Origin: Halobacteriovoraceae bacterium
Lineage (GTDB): Bacteria; Bdellovibrionota; Bacteriovoracia; Bacteriovoracales; Bacteriovoracaceae
NCBI GenBank assembly: GCA_963719505.1
Contig: CAVRCF010000005.1
Coordinates: forward strand, 512,001 to 576,000
Length of the DNA: 64,000 nucleotides
Direction of reading: 5' to 3'
Shown here: positions 58,492 through 64,000 of the stretch, one piece after another
Position numbering within the stretch: the stretch's first letter is position 1
Layout of the letters: each line of letters opens with the position of its first letter
Translations under genes and position numbers: made by a program
The notes under the pieces: model-generated
The model's input: the letters and a program-made list of their open reading frames with translations, nothing else
Database searches by the model: none
Told to the model about the DNA's origin: nothing

Positions 58492-59646
58492 TTACTGCAG
58501 TTTTTTAAATAAGCTGGGACCAATTTTAGATATCATTGCGCCCCCAAGACAGACGTCGCCATCATAGAAAACGATTGATTGCCTAAGGGCTGCCGCTCTT
58601 TGAGGTGACTCAAATTCAACTCTAAGCCCTTGGGCTGTTTCAGTCACTAGGCAGGGCTGATCTTGTTGTCTATAGCGAATTTTGGCCATGCAATGCAAAG
58701 GAAAAACTGGTTTATCGTGCACCCAACTCAACTCATCGCAATCTAAGAACTCACAAAAAAGAGCGGGGTGCTTCTCCCCTTCCACGACGTAAACCGTATT
58801 TGTGCTCTTATCTTTATCGGCCACGAACCAAGGACCACCTGGACCGCCAAGACCCAAGCCTTTTCTTTGACCATTTGTATAAAAACAATATCCATCGTGA
58901 GGACCCATAACTTTTCCATCGTCGAGACGAACAAAGTTTCCTTTTTGTTCGGTCAAATAAGTTGAAAGGAAATTTTTAAAATTTCTCTCCCCGATGAAGC
59001 AAATTCCAGTTGAGTCTTTTTTAGTCGCTGTGGCCAAGTTAAAATCACTGGCCATTTTTCTGACTATTTTTTTCTCTAAGCCCCCTATGGGAAACAAAAC
59101 ATTCTGAAGAACTTCAGCTTGCATTGTATAGAGAAAATAGGTTTGATCCTTACCTTGATCTTTTCCTTTAATAAGTCTTCCATCTCTTTTTTGGCAATAA
59201 TGACCAGTTGCCAAAAAGTCAGCTCCAAGTTCCCGGGCCTTTTGAAAAAAGACTTTGAATTTGATTTCTCTATTACAAAGAATATCTGGATTTGGCGTAA
59301 AGCCGGCTTCATATTCATCCAGAAAGTGTTGGAAGACATTGTCTCTATATTCTTTAACAAAGTTTATGGAGAAGTAAGGAATTTCTAATTGCTCGGCCAC
59401 TGCCACAACATCTTCATACTCTTTTTCAGACTGACACCGACCATTTTCATCTTCCTCTTCCCAGTTTTTCATAAAGATGCCAATAGTCTTATAGCCCATC
59501 ATTTTTATCATCAAAGCTGAAACGGATGAGTCGACTCCACCACTCATCCCAACCACCACAGTTTGATGGGTATTGGCCTCAAATTGAGCAGGTGTAATCT
59601 CAATGCCCACTGAATTTAGGTATTTTAGGTTCTCATCGATTGTCAT
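58492..59646 (-). CDS. mnmA: tRNA 2-thiouridine(34) synthase MnmA (D-type)
   Basis: MSGGVDSS, TPNPDILCNREIKF, ATGHY, KDQTYFL, KDSTGICFIG. Confidence 0.95.
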   Translation of the reverse strand: MTIDENLKYLNSVGIEITPAQFEANTHQTVVVGMSGGVDSSVSALMIKMMGYKTIGIFMKNWEEEDENGRCQSEKEYEDVVAVAEQLEIPYFSINFVKEYRDNVFQHFLDEYEAGFTPNPDILCNREIKFKVFFQKARELGADFLATGHYCQKRDGRLIKGKDQGKDQTYFLYTMQAEVLQNVLFPIGGLEKKIVRKMASDFNLATATKKDSTGICFIGERNFKNFLSTYLTEQKGNFVRLDDGKVMGPHDGYCFYTNGQRKGLGLGGPGGPWFVADKDKSTNTVYVVEGEKHPALFCEFLDCDELSWVHDKPVFPLHCMAKIRYRQQDQPCLVTETAQGLRVEFESPQRAAALRQSIVFYDGDVCLGGAMISKIGPSLFKKLQ

Positions 59647-59691
59647 GAGGGGTTTATAGCTTGAATATCATGATATGACAACAAGCATTAC

Positions 59692-60789
59692 TTATAAATC
59701 TAGGCCATATCCTAGAATCCCTATCCCAATATACTGGTAGGAGTTTAGAAGGCTTTGTTGATTGAGAGTCTCGGGAAAGTCATCGGAGGTTTGAAAGTTT
59801 GGATTGAAATCTTCTTCCCAATTTTGAGAGAGAGTCATATTGGCGATTTTTCCAAAGCGGACATTATCTGAGTGATCAAAGTTGTTCTGGTCTAAACTAA
59901 AACGCATACTTGTCCCTGATTTTTTCACATACTGATTAATTTTATCGTAGAGATTTTTATCGAGACCTTTGGGATCTTGGCGCTTGTCTCTGGTATAGGC
60001 CTTAAAGTTTCGAAGTCTTTTATTTTCATCGTTACTTTTGGAATCGTAGCCTAGCATTTCAAGATTGATGACACCAACTTCATTTGAATCGAGCTTTTTT
60101 GCAAAGTGATAACTTCCAAGAAAGCCCAAAGACTGCGCATCTAAAAAAACAAATCTCAGTGTATTTTTCAACTCGTAAGGAGCAATCTTTTCAATGAGTT
60201 TAAACATAACGGCAACACTTGAGGCATTAAAATCTGCTCCAGGCATTTTTGATTTTTCATCCACCTTCATCGTTTTTGCATCATGAACAACTGTATCATA
60301 ATGTGTCGTTAGAGTGAGAGTGTTTGAAGATTTACCTTTAATTGTAAGGATGAAATTTTTTGCCTCTATCTCTTTTTTACTTTTAATCAAATCCTTCATA
60401 TATTCTTTAAAGGAGAACCATTTCTTATATTCCTCTGATTTGGGTTTAAAAAGTGGTTTAATCTTTTTAGAAAAATCTTGTTCAAAGTTTTTAACGCCTT
60501 CATCAACATCAATATTATAAAGATCAACCTCTAGCGAGACATTTTTCATTTTATCAAAAAGCCTAAGTTTCTTTTCAATGAGATTTTGAACATTCTTGTG
60601 GCCTGAAGTTCCAAAGAACCGATTGGGAGTTCCAGCATAAACAATTTCTCTGACAGAATCGATAAGCTCTTTTGGCTTGGTCTTCCCCACATAGCTTTTC
60701 ACTCTATAAATACTGGTTAAATCTGTGTTGGCAAAAAGGAGGGTTGAGCTAAAACTTAAAATCAGTAAATATTTCTTCCTCATCTTCAT
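59692..60789 (-). CDS. M28 peptidase-fold secreted protein, probably inactive
   Basis: THYDT, GADFNASS, DAQSLGFLGS, NLEMLG, SDN, FQT; several metal-binding and catalytic residues substituted. Confidence 0.75.
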   Translation of the reverse strand: MKMRKKYLLILSFSSTLLFANTDLTSIYRVKSYVGKTKPKELIDSVREIVYAGTPNRFFGTSGHKNVQNLIEKKLRLFDKMKNVSLEVDLYNIDVDEGVKNFEQDFSKKIKPLFKPKSEEYKKWFSFKEYMKDLIKSKKEIEAKNFILTIKGKSSNTLTLTTHYDTVVHDAKTMKVDEKSKMPGADFNASSVAVMFKLIEKIAPYELKNTLRFVFLDAQSLGFLGSYHFAKKLDSNEVGVINLEMLGYDSKSNDENKRLRNFKAYTRDKRQDPKGLDKNLYDKINQYVKKSGTSMRFSLDQNNFDHSDNVRFGKIANMTLSQNWEEDFNPNFQTSDDFPETLNQQSLLNSYQYIGIGILGYGLDL

Positions 60790-61945
60790 CTCCTTTTCTA
60801 TAAACAGCTACGCGGTCAATATTCTTATATTCACCTCTAGCGTTAACAAAGCCACTGCCGATAACTTTTGCATTTCTCTTGTCGGAGTTATAAATCACGA
60901 TCTGCTCTCTTTTATAAAGAGGCTTTATCTCTTGGGTAAACTCGATATAGGCTGACTTATTATTTTTAAAATAAAGATGTGCTTCCATATGTTCGTTGGA
61001 GTATTTAAACTTAATATAGCAGTGCAGAGGCTTTCTCATATCAAGCCTTAAACTTGTCTCGAGTCCCGTTAACTGAGCACCTAAAAAGGAAACTTCCTCG
61101 AGTTTTCCTACTATAATGTCTCCGACTCTTGCTTTATAACCAATAATTTGAAACGTTTTATCAAGCTTTACACCACCGTCAGCTACCAGATCTTTTTGAC
61201 CAATAAAATGTTCAGTAATTCCAGCGTGCTCTCCATAGATAGTTTCACCATCGGAAGAGATATAATTGCCTTTTTTAATCAGTGAAGGAGCAACCTTGGC
61301 CGCAATAATATCTTTTACTGATTCAACAGATTTAAAACAAAAGTCAAAATGCTCGTTCGATGGATTTTTATGTAAACCATAATTTTTTGCGATCTTCAAA
61401 ACCTCAACCCGTCGAAGCTCTCCCAGAGGTAGGATCAGATGCTTGAGAATCTCTTGATCAAGTCCTGCCAACAAGACGGACTGGTCCACATCAATATTAT
61501 TATTAGCATGAATATAGAATTCGTTTGAATTTAGATTTTGATGGACCTTACAATAGTGGCCAGTTGCGATCATATCAGCATTTAATGCCTTCATTTTTTT
61601 CAAGAGAATTTTCATTCGAATAGAAGTGCACTGAAAGCAAGAACTGTTGGCCAAGGCGTTGAGCTTTCCCTCGACTAATCTATCCATGACCTCATAGTCA
61701 AACTCCGACTTAATATCCGAGGCATATAAAGGAATTTTCATTTTATCACATAGCTTTTGGACACTATCCATATCACTTATATGGCATTTGGGAGCATCGT
61801 GATCACCAGAGAAACCAGTTACCATCGCTAATCCGATAACGTCAAAGCCTTGTTTTTTCAGTAAAAAAGCCGCAACAGCTGAGTCGACTCTCCCTGTGAG
61901 TGCCACAACAACCTTCTTAACCGAGCCTTTTACTACTGTATCCAT
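60749..61945 (-). CDS. divergent MnmA paralog (CxxC, C-type-like)
   Basis: LTGRVDSAVAA, SSCFQCT, ATGHY, DQSVLL, DFCF, IGQ, EQIVIY; start 61945 with an AAGGA RBS. Confidence 0.82.
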   Translation of the reverse strand: MDTVVKGSVKKVVVALTGRVDSAVAAFLLKKQGFDVIGLAMVTGFSGDHDAPKCHISDMDSVQKLCDKMKIPLYASDIKSEFDYEVMDRLVEGKLNALANSSCFQCTSIRMKILLKKMKALNADMIATGHYCKVHQNLNSNEFYIHANNNIDVDQSVLLAGLDQEILKHLILPLGELRRVEVLKIAKNYGLHKNPSNEHFDFCFKSVESVKDIIAAKVAPSLIKKGNYISSDGETIYGEHAGITEHFIGQKDLVADGGVKLDKTFQIIGYKARVGDIIVGKLEEVSFLGAQLTGLETSLRLDMRKPLHCYIKFKYSNEHMEAHLYFKNNKSAYIEFTQEIKPLYKREQIVIYNSDKRNAKVIGSGFVNARGEYKNIDRVAVYRKGDEDEEEIFTDFKF

Positions 61946-61990
61946 AAGAATCTCTATTCCTTTAGGCAAATTATATCGTAAATATTTAAT

Positions 61991-62017
61991 TTAACAAAGA
62001 TGGTAAAATGACGATAA
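61991..62017 (+). promoter_or_regulatory. sigma28-type promoter
   Basis: TTAA-N15-GACGATAA, 8 nt before ATG 62026. Confidence 0.35.
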
Positions 62018-62025
62018 GGATAAAG

Positions 62026-62664
62026 ATGATTAAAAATAACCTGGAGCAATATTCACTCTTCTTGTTTGATCACGAGAACGAAAGCACTTTTGAGATGCCA
62101 AATCCGTTGAAAGAATTCATCTCTTTTATGAAAAGTAGTGGCACAAGTGGTGTCATTGATTTTAGTTTTTCAGCCGGTATCAGCTCCCTACACCCATCAA
62201 AGACTCTAAAAGATAATTTTATACTAGACTCTGTTCCTAGTAGTCTTATCAAGAATAACGAAGATAATTTTAAATCACTATTAAAGACCATTAAAAATGA
62301 AACGCTTATAGGATTAGTGAACTCTTTGAAACCCTTTGACAAGGAGCCCCAGTACTACTGTGAGAATGATATCTCAGTAGCTTCAATGGTAAAATCTCTC
62401 CTTTCAAAATCAAAATATATTTTTATTGATGATACTCAACTTAAACTTGATCATGAAACTCTTGAGATAATTAAAGACTGTATTAAAATCGAGATGGAAC
62501 AAAATCAAAGAAAGGTCTTCATCAGCACTAAAAGAGCAACGAGTTGGCTCAGTATCACCAGTGCTATTGTCACAAATAAAAACGGCTCGTTTAGCGTTAA
62601 AGATATGACAGAGCAAAAATCAATCTACCATCACAAGCATTTAGATCTGGTTAAAGCGAGCTAG
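62026..62664 (+). CDS. degenerate ABC-ATPase-like hypothetical protein
   Basis: LHPSKTLKDNF and SLLSKSKYIFIDD resemble the ABC helical and Walker B regions; no Walker A. Confidence 0.5.
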   Translation: MIKNNLEQYSLFLFDHENESTFEMPNPLKEFISFMKSSGTSGVIDFSFSAGISSLHPSKTLKDNFILDSVPSSLIKNNEDNFKSLLKTIKNETLIGLVNSLKPFDKEPQYYCENDISVASMVKSLLSKSKYIFIDDTQLKLDHETLEIIKDCIKIEMEQNQRKVFISTKRATSWLSITSAIVTNKNGSFSVKDMTEQKSIYHHKHLDLVKAS

Positions 62665-63652
62665 TCTTTACTGAACAATTCATCTTAAAAGACTTTGATG
62701 TAAATTTATTCATCGCCTTTACTCTTAACTGTAAAATCTTATTTCCCAATCTAATATCAAAATTTGCAACATCTTTTTTAAACTCACTCACAAGTGGCCA
62801 GGCCACCTCTAACATCTTGTCATACTGCTCGATACTATTTGAATAAGGAAGATATCGTTTTTGCTGGGCTTTATAGAAACAGGTTGCCTGAATAATCTCT
62901 TTATCTCCAAAGCCAAGCAGAGGAAGAAGGTCGAGGCATAGTTTTTCAGGATCAGTTGATAGAAGATTTTTTATATGAAAATAGACTAATTTATTAATGG
63001 CGTAAAGCATCTCTTTATAAAGGTCTCGGTCTCGTCCTTCCAATTGACCAGATAACTGAGTTTTACCAAGATCAACCCAGGAAGCAAAACTCCCCTCGTA
63101 CTCCATGTCGTGATTTGAAAACAACTCATTGCCAAATCTGTTAATGATAAGGTCGCACTCATTATTAAAGCTGTCTTGGATAGCAATCATTTTGTCATGA
63201 GAAAAAGATTGAAAATATTTTGTAAAGAAACTTCTAAGTCCCGCACTCTTGGTATTAACGTACGCTTGAGCTTTAGATAGTTTAAGGCTTATCGGATAAA
63301 AAGAAGTATTAGACTTTAAAATAATATCCGCTTCTGAAAAAGTTGAGTTTTGAGAAGCAAGAGCAACTTTACCGACGATGGCAATATCAGTGATATTCTC
63401 CAAGGAGATCTGCTGAATAATATCATCGGCCAGGCCTGAAGCGAGAGCCGGCAGATCAATTAATAACTCAGGGTAATACTGTCTTATAAAAGACTCTTGA
63501 ATCTGCAACATTTTTTTGAATTCATGAGACAAAGAAGCTAGAAACTTCATTTCAATATTTAGCTTTCTACTCAGACTTGAACCAACGAGAAACTCAAAGA
63601 GGTTTCCTTTATACTCGCTAAGAAGAGCTTGCTGGCGGGCCGTTGAGCTCAC
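62651..63652 (-). CDS. PD-(D/E)xK-fold, type II restriction endonuclease-like protein
   Basis: KGNLFEFLV helix, EADIIL, PISLKL motifs; GTGA overlap with gsk. Confidence 0.5.
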   Translation of the reverse strand: MSSTARQQALLSEYKGNLFEFLVGSSLSRKLNIEMKFLASLSHEFKKMLQIQESFIRQYYPELLIDLPALASGLADDIIQQISLENITDIAIVGKVALASQNSTFSEADIILKSNTSFYPISLKLSKAQAYVNTKSAGLRSFFTKYFQSFSHDKMIAIQDSFNNECDLIINRFGNELFSNHDMEYEGSFASWVDLGKTQLSGQLEGRDRDLYKEMLYAINKLVYFHIKNLLSTDPEKLCLDLLPLLGFGDKEIIQATCFYKAQQKRYLPYSNSIEQYDKMLEVAWPLVSEFKKDVANFDIRLGNKILQLRVKAMNKFTSKSFKMNCSVKTSSL

Positions 63653-63999
63653 TTACTCCAGTATCCATCTTCAAGTCCATCCTCTCTTTCAGGAAGTCCC
63701 TTAAGGAGTCGCGGTGAGTTTTGATTTAAAACCTCAAAACTTACCCTATTGGCGTATTTTGATATTTGAGAGATAGATGAATAGGTCAAATATATCGAAT
63801 CGTGTTTGGGAGAATTTGGAACCACATCTCTGTGGTAACAATTGGCACTTATATCGTGAAGAAGAGCAGATAAAGCGGCATCACCAGCACCATTTGTATT
63901 CTTTATCGTCGCCGGTCCACCTTTAAAAGGACTAATATGCGTATAAATCTTTAGAGGATTTTTGCAGTCACTTTTTCTCATTGCTCGGGAGTATTCAAA
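63649..63999 (-). CDS. gsk: inosine/guanosine kinase, C-terminal part (start beyond window)
   Basis: NTNGAGDAAL PfkB motif; LTYSS..KYANRVSFEVLNQNSPRL..GLPERED..YW matches the enterobacterial Gsk C-terminus. Confidence 0.88.
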   Translation of the reverse strand, partial: FEYSRAMRKSDCKNPLKIYTHISPFKGGPATIKNTNGAGDAALSALLHDISANCYHRDVVPNSPKHDSIYLTYSSISQISKYANRVSFEVLNQNSPRLLKGLPEREDGLEDGYWSK

Positions 64000-64000
64000 C

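Noticed and set aside
1-64000. CRISPR array, prophage, rRNA, integron or retroelement
   Set aside because: No regularly spaced direct repeats and no cas, phage, integrase or reverse-transcriptase motifs were seen.

Overview
Low-GC (mid-30s %, estimated by eye), gene-dense bacterial chromosome segment. It is most likely from a predatory Bdellovibrionota (Bacteriovorax/Halobacteriovorax-like); this is inferred from gene content and the many short secreted orphan genes. Respiration: the start of a cytochrome c oxidase operon (monoheme cyt c, ctaA, sco, coxB running off the left edge) and a full alternative complex III operon actABCDEF, with a roughly 1.9 kb patch of frameshifts in actB/actC that looks like assembly error. 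Mobile DNA and RNA genes: one intact single-ORF IS66 (21 bp TIRs, 8 bp TSD) and tRNA-Leu(GAG). Other genes: an orphan C5 DNA methyltransferase, ampG, a split class I fumarase, several RNA/ribosome modification genes, a secreted peptidoglycan-type deacetylase, a cNMP-gated K+ channel and gsk running off the right edge. No CRISPR array, prophage or rRNA was seen. Best leads: (1) a sigma54/IHF-driven RNA with tandem AGGA-loop hairpins (CsrA-sponge-like) ending in an unannotated 43 aa membrane-peptide ORF; (2) a two-LysR module with shared palindromic operators, two tiny lipoproteins, a beta-barrel and a TolC/HlyD/ABC exporter whose only ATPase domain looks dead; (3) D-type and C-type MnmA paralogs flanking an M28 pseudo-peptidase; (4) a stand-alone cytochrome c resembling the ActA monoheme domain; (5) an orphan restriction-enzyme-like gene coupled to gsk. 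All family calls come from motif recognition, not database searches.
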